The position numbers and the translations under genes are program-made. From Toensbergia leucococca (Eukaryota): a DNA stretch of 64,000 bases. The stretch covers positions 62,001-126,000 of the forward strand of contig JALDZS010000053.1 in the NCBI GenBank assembly GCA_022813965.1, written 5' to 3'. A model generated the notes under the pieces. The model was not told where the DNA came from. It searched no databases and saw only the letters and a program-made list of their open reading frames with translations. The first letter of the stretch is position 1, and the number at the start of each line of letters is the position of its first letter. Positions 46,373 to 59,806 of the stretch are shown in pieces.

Positions 46373-46984
46373 AGGTACGGGCCTACCTAGGGAAAGGACG
46401 ATTCAGACAGCAAACAAAGCAAAAGCAGCTTGACACGACTCTCTCGTCGACTTACACCGAACAATGGCAGGAGGCAATGCAAAGGCTTCACTCCCACAAT
46501 CGTCAGATTCTATGCGGAGTGCTTTGAAGTTGATTGAGTAGAACAGGTTAGCATGGACAGGGTGAGTGCGTGGCCTGATGATGCTGTCTCTGAGCTTTGT
46601 CCTTTCCAATATATTCTAGTCCATTATAACACGCAGCAAGACAGTGTCCTCCCTCGCTTTGATAGCTTGTTCATTTCTGTGTTCCAAAGAGTACGAGTAC
46701 GAGTAGGAGTAAGTAGGGGGTAGGATAAGGGAGAGCAGAGCTCAGGGCAAGAGGAGGTCAAACGTTAAATGTCATTTTCGCTTCCAGCCAATCACGACTG
46801 TTTCATACCGGTATTTAATTCTACGAGTACTCGTACACCAAGTCAACCGCGCACCGCGATCATCACCAATTGTCATATTCATGTTCATTTCTTGCTCAAC
46901 GTTATCCATGATTTCCCTGGTCCTCGCTATATATGCATAGGAGACACCATCAATAAGCAGCTGAGTGCTGGTCCATAATCAATC

Positions 46985-49742
46985 ATGGACGGCGACTTGA
47001 GCCTCTCCAAGTCCCATGGTGGCTTACGCATTGCTAATCCTGACCATGTCTCTCCCCATGTCTCTCCGAGCTCGCTCACAGAAGAGGCCAACCAACTAGA
47101 GCCCACAGTATCGCCGCTGTCCATTGCAGAGTCTCTGTCAACCACTGTGATCGTCAATTCGCCTCCGTCGTTGTTGCCACGACTAGACACTGACGCTTCC
47201 AATCCTTCAAGCTGTCAAATGGATTTCGATCCCAGCTCTTTCTCCCCAGATGCCTTGCCTGTCGAGAAACAACCCCTATCATCACCCAAACAGTCTTCTT
47301 ATTCGCAACGGCCTGCTAACCGGCAGTTAATACCCCTTACCTACCAAGACCAGCAGCAAGCCCAATTTCCCCAGTACCCTACAATGATGCCCCAAAATCA
47401 ACGCCATCCTAGCTCTGCCACCCGCCCAGCGTCTATGCTACCTTTGCAGCCGCCTCGAGGTAGCTCAAACGCTATTCAACCTATAAAAGAGGGCACTTAT
47501 CGGGTTCGCACCGAATCCTCTCGGTCATCAATACAAGGAATGCCGCATAGGACCAGTTCAAGAGGAGCTTCCATGGCTTTGCAAGCAGGTGTACCGACTC
47601 GAGAAGGGAGCCATAGTGATCGGTTATATCGGCATAGTCAGCAAGTTCACACCGGCAATGGACCACTACCTCCACGGAAAAGCTCATGGGGTATGGGAGT
47701 AGGCCAGATGGGGAGCTCTGTGGCCTCAAACCCGCCACTTTTCTCGGCATCTGGGTTACCGTACGGGTTGGAAGGCGGACCGTTAGCCAGCAGCGATGAA
47801 TGGCAAGACAGAGGGGCTGCGATTGGAGTACGACAAGAGACAGATACGAATGGAAATCAGGTGTCGCGATACGTGAAAAAAGGGGTGAAGGATTTTCACT
47901 TTGGACGAACCCTTGGTGAGGGGTCTTATAGCACCGTCTTGGCTGCTACAGATAGACAGACACTGAAAGAGTACGCTATCAAAGTCCTTGATAAACGCCA
48001 CATCATCAAAGAGAAGAAAGTGAAATATGTCAACATCGAGAAAGATACGCTTAATAGGCTAACGGACCACCCGGGAGTTGTACGGTTATATTACACTTTT
48101 CAAGACCAACGATCGCTGTACTTTGTGCTTGACCTTGCCAGCGGTGGGGAGCTGTTGGGTGTATTAAAACGAATGAAAACTTTCGATGAAGAATGTACAA
48201 GATTCTATGGAGCGCAGATTCTGGACACAATCGATTACATGCATACAAGAGGAGTCATTCATAGAGATTTGAAGCCTGAGAATGTTTTATTAGATGATCA
48301 TATGCATGTAAAAATTACTGATTTTGGAACGGCCAAGATTTTAGATATTAATGAAGGACGACCGGAAGACACCAAAACTTCAAATGTACCAGGATCGGGC
48401 AATCCCATGGACAGATCCGAAGAGACTAGAGCCAACTCATTTGTCGGGACAGCAGAATATGTCAGTCCAGAATTACTCACAGACAAACATGCCTGTAAAG
48501 CTAGTGATCTATGGGCCTTTGGATGCATCATCTATCAGTTGCTAGCTGGTCGACCGCCATTCAAAGCTGGCAATGAATATCAGACCTTTCAAAAGATAGT
48601 AGCTCTTGAATATGAGTTTCCAAATGGGTTTCCCGACGTTGCAAAGGACTTAGTAGAGAGACTACTAGTCTTAGATCCTTCTCACCGCCTGACAATAGGG
48701 CACATCAAAAACCATGAATTTTTTGATGGGATTCCCTGGGGTCGAGGGCTGTGGAAACAAAAGGCTCCAAGGCTCAAGAGTTATGTACCTCCCACGTCGG
48801 ATCCAATCAGCCTCGATGGTCATACTGCCAACAATGGCAACGGTGCCAGTTATCCGCCGAACATTGCTCCATCGCACAGCACTAGAGATGTTCAAATTAG
48901 TGGCGCTCATACAAGCAACAGTACAACGAGGCCACTACCAAGAGTAATTACAGAACTTCCACCGCCGAGTCAGCTAGATATCGAATGGTCACCTGTTTTG
49001 ACCAGAAACAACGAGCGAATCTTGAAGCTTGGTAATCTGCTAGTCTTGTCTATGCCAGCACCCCATAGTCCCAATAGTAAGAATGGTTCACACAATAGCG
49101 AAGCAGATACGCCTAGAAAATTTTCAAGATTCTTCGGTAGTAGCACACCGAAGAAGCGTCAAAGATTAGTGATGGTCACATCTAGCGCCCGTGTTATCAT
49201 GGCCGAACCAGGTGGACAAGAAAAAAAGACAAAGATTGAGGTGCCGTTACTTACTGCTGGCTGTGCTTGGAGGAAGCTACAAGACCCAAGAGGATTGACG
49301 TACTGGACGATTGAAACGGTCAGTAGACTTTGGCCCCTATTTGGCCCCTATTTGGCGACCTTTCACTGACATTTATCCCCATCAGCGAGACAAAAACTTT
49401 ACTTTCGAAGATCCAAAGTCGGCGTCATCCGACGGATCTGCTACTTCAGCGTCAGCGCAAGAATGGCTCGACACCATCGACCGTGCTCGAGAAATAGCGA
49501 TTTCACAAAGCATTGCTAACTCCTACTCTGGAGAAGATGCCTACAAAGACATACAATCTGGCATGTCAAGTCCTGCCTCTACACTTGACTTGGATTCGCC
49601 AGGCCGTGGAGACAATGGGACAGGTCCGAGCATTCGCAACACACTTCAAAAGCATCAATCAAGTACCGATGTAGACTCACTCAAGGGACGGAAGCGATTC
49701 AGTAAAAGGCAGTCTAAGAGTGGATTAGCTGCCGTCTTCTAG
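46985..49742 (+). CDS. ksg1: PDK1-type AGC Ser/Thr kinase (Ksg1/Pkh1-2 orthologue) with a C-terminal PH-like region, 2 exons
   Basis: GEGSYSTV, YAIKVLDKRHIIKEKKVKYVNIEK, HRDLKPEN, ITDFGTAK and ANSFVGTAEYVSPELL motifs. Intron 49319-49385. Confidence 0.95.
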
Positions 49743-50399
49743 GTAATTTTCACTCAAACTAATTCCCTACTTCTCAACGCCCTGCTACTTGGCCTCCTCA
49801 AGAGGCTCAGAACTCGCTCAACCATCTCTAAACCTCACTTTCTTTTGTGTATACCTCTTACCAACCCATACAGCACTTTTCACACATTTGTGCGGCGCCC
49901 TCACGTGGTTGCATATTCATGGAGTTCGAGGAGGTTTGAGTCTTCCCTAGACCTGCATCTACCGGCGGTTGAACATTACGAAAAAAAGGTGTCTTGTCAT
50001 TCTAAAGTTATGAAAGTGTCGGGTCATCTTTGTCTAATTGTACGCGACTGTGTACACGCTGTACGTAATTCATCAGGGCTATAGCCTTGATCTGATAATA
50101 CGGAGTGGACGGTCCCCTGGACTGCCTGCTGGTAATGTTATCCAATTGTCCAATTTTATGTATCGTTGTCTCGCGAGATTAATGCCAATAGCAGGAGACG
50201 GGCGATCCCCATGTCTGCTCATTGCCGCAAAATCAAGTTTTTTTGTGCAACAGGCTCCATTGGTGAATGCTCACGTTTCCTACTTTTGAGCGTTACCGAT
50301 TAGACTTCCACTAAAAAGGACTCCTAGTGCACTGGGAGTTTATCCTTCTTTTTATTTGGACCTTCCCACCCCCATCGAATAGGTCTAGTGTATTGGCAA

Positions 50400-52100
50400 T
50401 CAATTAGTCGATACTTTACAACCTTCTTTGATGGTAATTCGATCAAAAGGGGCATCATAGACTATCCCTTGCAACGTTCGCCGCCTTCGGTAGTATGGAT
50501 CTGGGCAATCATGGGGCTTGCCATACAGAACTAGATCTGCTACGTCCCCAACCTGAGGATACGGCTTTAACGAAGAGCTGGGCCAGCCAATCGCTGCGCG
50601 TGCGTGGGTAGAGACGCAGGCCTGGAATGAGGACTTAGCTGGTACTATATGAAGGTGAGCCAAGTGCAGCACAAACATAAAGTATTTCTGCGTCGAGCTC
50701 TGTCCCAGCCTGGTAGATCCCAACCGCTAGACTCGCAAGGCTCAGGGGATCTACACTTCCTTGAGGCGTGAAAGCGTTCCCAACTAGATGTCCGCATTAG
50801 TACGACCAGGTGACGAAAATTTGAGAGGTTCTCGACTCACCATTGTTCACGCCAAGCGCCGCCCTCATTCTTAAGTTTCGTATCATCCATGGCACTTGTA
50901 GCGTGCCCCTGAATCTTTCTGCGGGCTTATCCCAATCCCTCCCGCTTGGCCTTCCCATCATGAACAAATCACTGGTCGGCAAGCCGATGAACCAAACCGG
51001 TAATGCCTCCGTCTTCTGCCTCAACTTCTGCCAATCGTCTTCCTTAAACAAGGTCAAGCGTGAACAGTGCCCTAAACAGATTGTCTTCCCTTTCATTCCT
51101 TTTTCGACCCATCCCTCCTTCCTCAAGACTTCTAATACGAACCAAATTGAAGGCTCTCTCTCCTTCTCGAGATGATAGTCTAAATGAAGATCCAGATGCA
51201 AACCCACCTTCCCTGCTAGCGCTACGATCCACTCAATATTCGCTCGCTCATTCCCAAGCTGCTTTTCAACATACGGAGCGCTTCCTATCGATTAGTTAAC
51301 CATGATACATGCAATCCGACAATTCGATTTCGTAATCGATGGGTGCATCACTAACCCACAGCCTCTACCCCATCCATTCCTACCGCCTCTTCCACTAGTC
51401 TCCTGTTCTCCCCGTCGCTATCCATGACCGCCTCCTGCGCAAAAACACAGATTTGCACCTCGCAACGTGTCTGCCATTCCCTCTTCAAACGCAAACCTAC
51501 ACGCACACACATCAAACCCACCACTTCATCGACCTCCACGAACGCCCGCATATGCGTTACTCCTGCAGCAGCGCTTTCGGCCAGAAGCCAGGTGCCACGT
51601 TGATAAAGGTCGGGTTCCGTAAATTGAGATTTGGAGGTTGAAGTCAGGGCGAGAGCTTCGGAGAAAGTACCTTTTGTGGGTTGATGGGCGGCATGCAAGT
51701 TCGAAGAGAGGAGAAAAGCCTATGAGTACTTCGGTTATCAGACATGAGTTCAGAGGCATAGATTTAATTGTTGTACTTTATCGAGGTGGATATGGGGATG
51801 GCAAAGAGAGGGAGCAACAAAGCATTCTTTGCTATTGAACAGATTGGCGGGAGGCGAATCTGGCGTAAGTTGAGGATCATGTGGAGTTATGGAGGTGATA
51901 CAGCCGGTCGATGGAGAGATAGAGAGATCGTGGAGAGTTGAAGGGGGATGCTGAGGAAGTCGGACGCCTGGAAGATGGATCCAGGCGCGTTCTGGGGAGT
52001 TGAGTGTCTGAGAATCTAGAACGTGGGCAGTGTCGGACTGGGCGTGTGATATCTCGCTCTCGAGGTCGATGCCGTGGGCGGCGAGGAAGGCGGTAGCCAT
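50400..52100 (-). CDS. Metal-dependent amidohydrolase (cytosine deaminase-like), multi-exon
   Basis: PSLCHPHIHLDK metal motif, GVTHMRAFVEVD, GSAPYVE, LHLDLHLDY, CLGHCSRL, GLPTSDLFMMGR, NNVGNAFTPQG and GDVADLVL. Confidence 0.9.
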
Positions 52101-52578
52101 GTTGTCGGCTTTGATGGATGATAATTGAAGTGTAGTTCTATCGGTGGGGCAGGAATTTCTAGAGGACGGCTTAGTCGGACGATGGAACAACTCTCTATTG
52201 ATTGACCCATTGACACACGAATGCTGATGTACTTTGCCTGAAAGACATCTAGATCTACTCCGTAAGGTGGGGAGTAGTTCCTCCTGTGCTACGGAGTACA
52301 CTAAGGGGAAAACAAGGATGAGGATGATCTGCAGACGGATTACGGATTAAATGAGCCACGAGAATGGCGTGCATGCAACAGAATCTCCATTCTCCATCCC
52401 AGTTTTCGGAATCGTGCCACATTTTCACTATCCATGTATATGATTGATATCTTTTCTTTGCTTGTACCTTTTCATTATTCTTCTATTGCTAGGCATTTGC
52501 ACTTTGCAATCGCTCCCGTGATGCTTGTTACCAGCAGTACAGTTACCCGGCTTGGATAACGTGTTCCAAATTCCGATC

Positions 52579-55500
52579 ATGGCCCTCGTGTCTCCCGCAC
52601 AATCTCACCTCAGTCCAACTACTGAGCCAAAAGTCGAGTAGGTCTTCCTTGTCATACCCTGAGACTCGAGTCCTGATTTTTGAGACAGTATCGTTGGCGT
52701 GCCTGCAATTGGGGCAGACCCGCGGGCTACTTGGACCTGTACAAGAGGTGGTGTTTCTTACAATTGGCTAGGAGCTGCGCTCAACGATGAGCTTCCCTCG
52801 GCCAATGTCGTTCTTTACGATCATCTAAAGCCTGGGGAAAGAGGGTTAGAGCTAAAGCACACGGATGATCCAACGCATAAATCCTCGGCTGAAACATATG
52901 CCTTGGCAGAGGCAGCTGTTGCAGAATATGGGGTAGACGAGTGGGCTGAACGTTTTCTCGACGTTTTGCAGCAGTATAGAAGTTCTCGAAGAGTAAGCTT
53001 CAATCGTGCGATGTCCGTTCGCAACCAGACTTTTTCAGCGAACTACAATACTAATTGACTGTTCCGCTCAGACAGAACAGCGTCCTATCCTATTTCTGTG
53101 TCACAGCACTGGAGGCATTGTTGTCAAGCGGGTAGGTCGATACTCTAAGAACGCTGAATTTACCTATGCTCAGCTCCAGAACTAGGCACTCAGTAAGAAA
53201 GTCATGGAGGGAAAAGCAAGTATAGCGGATGTCTGCATTGGAATTACCTTTTTTGGTGCGTAGTAGACAAATCTGCAGAATGCGATCAAAGCTTATTCGA
53301 GCTCGTAGCAACACCGCATCATGGTTCGAGCGTGCTTTCTCTGCCAGAATATGTCCGGACAGTTCAGCGAAACTTGGGCTTGAAATGGGAAATGTCTAAG
53401 CACCTTCGCAAGGACTTTACTTTACAAAACCCGGATCTAGAACTTCTGAATTTCAGATTTGGTGCTGCTGCCCTAGGAGTGAAACTTTGGAGCTACTCCG
53501 AAACGCAGGATACAAATTTAGAGGTCTTATCTACCGGGGATACAACTGGGGAAACTTTGACGACGCTTGATTTATGCATAGTCGATAGCCGATCGGCGAA
53601 GATGAGTACGCCAGATGTTCCCATAGAAGAAGAGGAGGTGAAGGAACTCCATTCCACCCATGTTGGAGCTCCTCGATTCACGGATGATGACTCGCTTCGG
53701 GATCGTTACGTTCAGGATATAATTTCGTTTATACAGACATTCAGCTCCCAAGAACGCGCAGCTCATCGTGCTCTGACTTTAAGCATAATGAACGATATCC
53801 GAGTTGATGTACACCAATTCTATCAGACTGGTTCTGCCGAAGAGCCAGCGATGAAGATATGGTCCGAACATCCAACGCTGCAAACTTTCCTCGACGTGGG
53901 CCCTGCCGAGTGTTTGAAGAGGAGGCTTAGAACACCAGCGCAAGTCAAGCAGCCGATGCCAAACGGAATTTCCAAACCGTCCATCGAAATTAGGCATCCC
54001 ACAGAATCTCCGGCGCCTAGGATAGTTGTAGGTAAACTCAAAGGATCCACCGAGCAATCTCCCACACGAAACATGACAGACTCCCTATCTCCTCCTATTG
54101 TAGAACAACCAAGGAGTATTCACACTCATATTCCATCAGTAACTCACGATGGTTCTTCTTTGGGTTCTTCAGGCTATTTGATGCCTGGAAAAAGCATCAC
54201 TAAACCATCTACCGAGGGGCCTCCACAACGATCTCATGTCTATCAGTTACCAAGCACTTCTCGTGATCGATTCAGATGGGTTCATGTGCCCTATACACAC
54301 ACTGGCTGGGTGCCTGTAAGTTCCATTCCATCCCTCATTTTGCTGGACCTCACTCAAGGTCTACTACAGCATATTCTCACGACAATCTCGCAAGAGAAGG
54401 CCAACTTGAATCTTCACCAAAAGCTGTTATTAGACCAAATCTGGATATCACAACACAACCGAGCAACCCATGCATCGCCTCATGCACGTTTTGTGCGCTC
54501 GTCATGCAAGAGCCTACTTCCAAGAGGCAAGTCTAAGAAATAAATCAACTAGCCCTTCCCAGAAGTCGAGATCTACTAACGTACCAGACAGATTCTCCAC
54601 ATCATCATCGCACTGATGGCCTCAAACTACCCTTTAGTGCTATCGATGAGGCCCAACTTGTTCTTTATGTGAGTCCACCAGATTTTATCTCCCAGTATCT
54701 GCATATTGACTCTCCTTTCAGTTACCCTATTTACATTGGGACAGTTTCAAACATTTGAAAATGCGTGCAGCGGTTGTCAAGAAAAGAAGAAAACAACCCC
54801 TTGCTCGTCCTGTTGATAAGGAGATTTCAAACGGAGACTCGATTGAGAGCAAGCTGATTTGGCAATACTTGACATCGGATAGACCGATACATTGTCGACG
54901 AACTCTAGATCAATATGGCTATCCGAGTTTACGGAACACTTCTGTGCGAGATGCCGATCAGGTTCTTTACAAACGAACTAGAGTAAACCAAGAGTCCAAG
55001 TCTAGCCGAGAACCTCCTCTGAAGCATATACGTGGGATATGGCGTGCGGTTCGGCCATCTGGGCTTCAGCAAGCCGAGGTCGAAGAAGGCGACGATGCTG
55101 CCAAAGTACTCATGGTCGATCAATTATGGCTTTGGATCTTGGATGACCGTAAGTTTCCATCGTTTATATGCTCCTTTTACAATCACTTTGCAAAATCATT
55201 GGATTTTTAAAAGCGGACTGTCAGACCTCTCTGTGGTCTTAAACGTGTGCTGATATACTCAACAGAGACGGTGATTACCTTTGCCGCTCCAAAAGAAGAT
55301 GAAGACGACGGGATCTCGAAGCAAGGAGATCTTCGAAATAATATTTACCAGGATATTAATGGGGATCTTGCCAGGCAATGCGAGGACTGCTTTGATTTTG
55401 CTGCTCTTGCTGTCTTTCACGCTGTTAACGCTTTGTTGGGTCATACAACCGACATAAGCCTGCATGTGTTCTCTGTCTTTGAGGAGTACATTAGTGTATT

Positions 55501-56477
55501 GGTAAGTCAAGCGTACTACCTGTTAGGTGTATGTGACTAAAAGACTGGCAGACTGAACAACAAACTAAATCGTTCAAAGAATTCAGAGAAAACCACAAGA
55601 CGCGGGATCCCAAAGACATTGATACACACCGACTTCCCAGATATGTCGACAACCGAGCAGATCTTGATGCTCTCCTGGAATTACGAGACATCGAAGATGA
55701 ACTCAACACCATCGATAAGCTTCTCAAAGAACAGCACCGTACCGTCGTCGAAATGCTCCAGCAATACGAAGAGCTCAATCGACTTAACCGAGGTCTAAAC
55801 GGCATTTCCATCCTCCACGAAGCGAAACACACCATTGACGAATACAAGGAACAAATTGACGCCATGCTCAAAAGTGCTCAAGCTGCCCAAAAAGCCGTGT
55901 GTCTCGTTTCCTCTTTCCAATCCCAAGCTCCACCACCTCCCCTCACTAACTCGTCACCAAAAATACACAGTTCCAGGTTCTCCTCGACATGAAGCAAAAA
56001 CAAGCCAACATAGTAGAAGCGCACCTCGCGCGCGAACAAACCGAAGTCGCCGCCGACCAAAGCCGCTCCGTCATGATCTTCACAATCTTTACCATCATCT
56101 TCCTTCCCCTCTCCTTTTTTGCATCTGTTTTCGGCATCAACGCTCGTGAATGGAGTGGCGTCTCCACCAACCCCGATTTCCACACCGTGTTCGTGTACAT
56201 GGGCGCGATCTCTCTGGGCGTCATTGTTATTGCGCTGCTCGTCGCGTTTAATAAGGCAACTAGGCGCGTCTCGAGGACTGTGTGGAAGGTTTCGGCGAAG
56301 CCGATAACGGACTGGTGGAGAAGGAGGGCCAGGAATGGTACGAAGGGGGACGGTGAGGGGGAGGAGAGGGTGCCGTTGGTTGAAGTGAGGAGAGATGGTG
56401 GGAAAAGGTTGTCGACTGTTTCTATGCATGAGCGGGGGCTTTGGGATGAGGAATTTGGGCTCAAGGGCTTTGAGTGA
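52579..56477 (+). CDS. Fusion protein: N-terminal SesB/SERAC1-like alpha/beta-hydrolase plus a fungal CorA-like domain with two C-terminal TM helices, ~11 exons
   Basis: Hydrolase motifs IVGVPAIGADPRATWT, RPILFLCHSTGGIVVK, ITFFATPHHGS and STHVGAPRF. CorA-like motifs FRWVHVP, LYLPYLHWD, HCRRTLDQY, VLMVDQLWLWILD, ELRDIEDEL, LLDMKQKQAN and FTIFTIIFLPLSFFASVFGIN. Splice sites join all parts in frame. Confidence 0.85.
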
Positions 56478-56915
56478 AAGGGGTGTTTTGGGTGGGGAAT
56501 AGGGTATCTAAAACTAGTCAACGCATGAGCGATGGTGCGTCGCTGATTTCTGGATCTTTGTGGTATAAGTGGTTTGGGGGTTTGGGAAAGGAAGGATTTG
56601 TAAAGCGCCGTTGAATTTGTGGGTACGAATAAAGGGCCGGGAACGGGCTAGACTAATTTTCGAGAGCTCTCTTTTCCTCTCTCTCATGTATAGGAGATTG
56701 GATCCACTACTCCAGTGTCGAGAGTGAAACATTCGACATGTCTTTTTGATTTGTTGCAGGAAACGATAGGCAATTTATGAGTATATAAAACGAGACGAAA
56801 GCATACCCCATTTTTCTTTTAAAGAAAGGTTTCCCGCTGCTCTGCTAGATACCAACCAACGACCCAACTTAAGCCCACCCCCCGTTCCCACAAAACAATA
56901 CTGCACCCTTCCCTC

Positions 56916-57406
56916 CTATTCGCCCTCTGAAGCCTCCATCGTCGCAAAAAGCACACTGCTCACCACCCCGCCCGTAAAAACCTCACAGCCCTCATTTGGC
57001 GTCCCATGCCCCGAATTGAAATACGTATTCAGCATGTCGCCCGTGCAATTCGCGCCCGTGTAGCCCGTCACCGAGGCTTCGGCGGCGTCAGCGCTGAGGC
57101 CGTAGACGAAGTCTATGGAGGAGGTGGTTTGGGCGGGACCGAGGTTGAAGCAGAGGGGGTTGGTGGGGTAGGTCCAGGGGGTTGGGTTGGGGATCATGTG
57201 GGTGGGGTCCTTGTCGCTGGGGGAGGTGGTTAGTGGGGTGGTAGGAGTGGCGGTGGGGCGGGAGGAAAGTACCAGGAGAAGTTAGGGAGGTAGGCTGTTG
57301 CACTTAGGCCTGGGACTGGAGATTGTCTGGAGGAGAGTTTGGGGGCAGCGAGGGTGGTGGTGCTTAGGGCGTAGAGGAGGGAGAGAATTTGGACTTTTGA
57401 ATGCAT
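56916..57406 (-). CDS. Small secreted cysteine-containing protein (144 aa), 2 exons
   Basis: Signal peptide MHSKVQILSLLYALSTTTLAAP and 4 Cys. Intron 57217-57272 (GTACTT..CTAAC..CAG) joins the exons in frame. TATAAA lies ~110 bp upstream. Confidence 0.8.
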
Positions 57407-57866
57407 GGTTTGTGAGGTGAAATATGGGCGTTGTGAGTTTGAAAATTCTGGTTTTTATTGTGTGGACTGAGGGTTTGATGGGATGCCTTTGATTCTGGAC
57501 ATCTTCAGCACTTTATAGATGGAAATATGTTTGATTGGGAATGGTAGGATTGTCCAGATAGAAGATTTGCGAACAACATCAGTGCAACGCAAGTTGCTCA
57601 GGGGGATTTGATATGACAGAAATAGGAATTAATGAATAGAAGTGCAATAGAAACGAGGATTACGGAATAGAACAATGAAATGGAGGATTGAAGGGATGAA
57701 AGTACAACTCGAGCACGTATGTTGTTACAGATGCAATAGGAATGGTCCTCATGATCAACCAATGAAGGATGATAGGTTGTAAATCCTTCATAAAGATGCC
57801 AAGGGATGAGATCGTGTTGTAAAGGGAAAGTTGGTAGGAGTAAGAAATAAGGTTGGGTTGCCGGTG

Positions 57867-57936
57867 GATGAAAGATGAAAGATGAAAGATGAAAGATGAA
57901 AGATGAAAGATGAAAGATGAAAGATGAAAGATGAAA
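57867..57936 (+). repeat. Perfect (GATGAAA)10 heptanucleotide repeat
   Basis: 10 exact tandem units read directly from the sequence. Confidence 0.95.
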
Positions 57937-59806
57937 GGATAGGCTAAGTGAGCATCAACAGTGGGAAATGCAATCTCCGCTTCGATGGTGGCTTCATGAT
58001 TGAATTGTAGGAGAGATGATGTTGAGAAGCTTGTTACGTCTGTGGACAGCAGGTCGGATCGAGGATGAAACAAACGAAAAGCCATGCGACGGACGACGTG
58101 GCCTAAAGGGCGAAGGTGAAGTAAAGGGTTGCATGTGTAGACGACTGTGTGGCTTGCACGGATCGACGACACTTCCGCAGTAGTACCACCCAGCTTCAGC
58201 GCCATGTGCGCCTTTGTGTTGTCGAGTTCGGTACGACCGTCGCTGCCGACCAGCCGATTCGTCCAGGCGAAACGGTGGCGATGGGGAAAGACAAGGTGTG
58301 GAAAGTTTAAGACGTAAGGCGGGCCATAGCCACTCTGTCATCTTGGAAGCTGAATCGATGATGAAGCATTTCAACTATTCTATCAATAATAAACATATCT
58401 CAACAATGCCACCAAGACACAATTAAAACAGGAAATTCATCTTTATTTTCCACGAGTGTGATACAGCCGAGGGCCCGAATGATAGCATACAGGAAATGAT
58501 GGATCACCGCCTTGACTTCCCCATTGTCAAGGACATGTCATGCAGTCGCTAGGCATGCGGACCAGTACAGAAGTAGAGTACAGAAAGTCTGAAGTCAGAA
58601 AGCCAGAAAGTCGTGGCGATCCGAAGGCTCAGCAAGACATCCGTTTTGATCAAGCTTTTTCCCATCCCAGATTGGGAGCGAGTGGGACTGTGGGATGAGG
58701 CACACTGCTGATCATCATCCAAACCAGACCCTTGCGCCGCCAGCACTTCTCGCGACGACTTGCTTTGATATTCTCTCGCTTTTCGTTTTCTCGTTTTCTC
58801 ATTTTCTCATCCGGTCGACTACTCGTAGAATACTCACTCTGTTCTCGGACTCGAGAGTACGTCCTATAACACCTTACCAGATCAAACTTCCACCATCTCC
58901 CTTCTATTTGGCCAGTATCAATGTAGAATTTAGAATTGAAGCAGCGTGTCCTATAATCTCCGGTACTCGATATCCGTAGACTTTTCTAAACGTGCCAATG
59001 ATCTACGGATATGGAAAAGGATTGGACAAGCTGAGGGAAGGAATAGGCAGCGCCATTGGATCTTCTGTCCTGATCATCTCCGCACACATTGATTCCTTTC
59101 CTCGATTGGCGGCTGGCTCTCATCGCCTTGCCTCATTCGGACGACTTCTCGCCTCTGTCGCAATCCCTCGTCTCGTCTCGTTCCCACCTACCTCCTAGTC
59201 TCCTACCTACCGAAGCCTACACGCTACATCCCTAGCCGGCCATTTGCCTTTTCCTTTTCCCATCCAACCCTACCTTAGTCCTCCACACACGCCATGCCGC
59301 TGTGCCAATCTTCGACTGAACCGTCCCAGGCCAAGACCAGGCATTCACGCCCTAGCAGACTGACAACCGATTCGACTTTCCTTTGGCACTTTTCCCACGC
59401 GACCTTCAGCTTGAGGATCTTCGGCTTTGCAGGCCATAGCCTCGAACAAGCCAACTCTCCCACCGCTCCCAACCCAAATCAGGCCAGTACCCGGCTAGAT
59501 CCTATCCGTCAACGGCTCTGCATTCCCCATAAAACCTCCCGCTTTCCTCGTTCAAGGGCCCTCCCTGATTTCAAAAGGTTGTACTCGTACACTGCTTCAT
59601 AATCCCTAATAGTACATAACACTTAATGTTCCTCAAACCGTACCCCAGTCGCGCCTATGATACTTACGCTTAAACCGGTGCTGCAGAACGGCTTCAATTT
59701 CAAGAGTACCCATGTGTACTCACCTTCCAAACCCCCCTCGGTTCACCTCTCCCCTTCCCTGAAACAAGCCTCCCTCCCTCCGCTGCCCGAGAGCATACCG
59801 TGGAGG

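Noticed and set aside
49328..49356. Short tandem duplication tttggccccta in the kinase intron
   Set aside because: An 11-bp slippage duplication with no evident function.
57867..57936. Tandem repeat considered as a CRISPR or telomeric array
   Set aside because: No spacers, not TTAGGG, and in a eukaryotic context; it is a simple microsatellite.
57660..58205. 181-aa minus-strand ORF with FHLSSFI repeats
   Set aside because: The repeats are a by-product of the (GATGAAA)10 microsatellite, and there is no other coding evidence.
59294..59602. 102-aa ORF as a possible first exon of the 59807 gene
   Set aside because: The obvious donor (59578) and acceptor (59686) are out of phase. It may be a uORF or noise.
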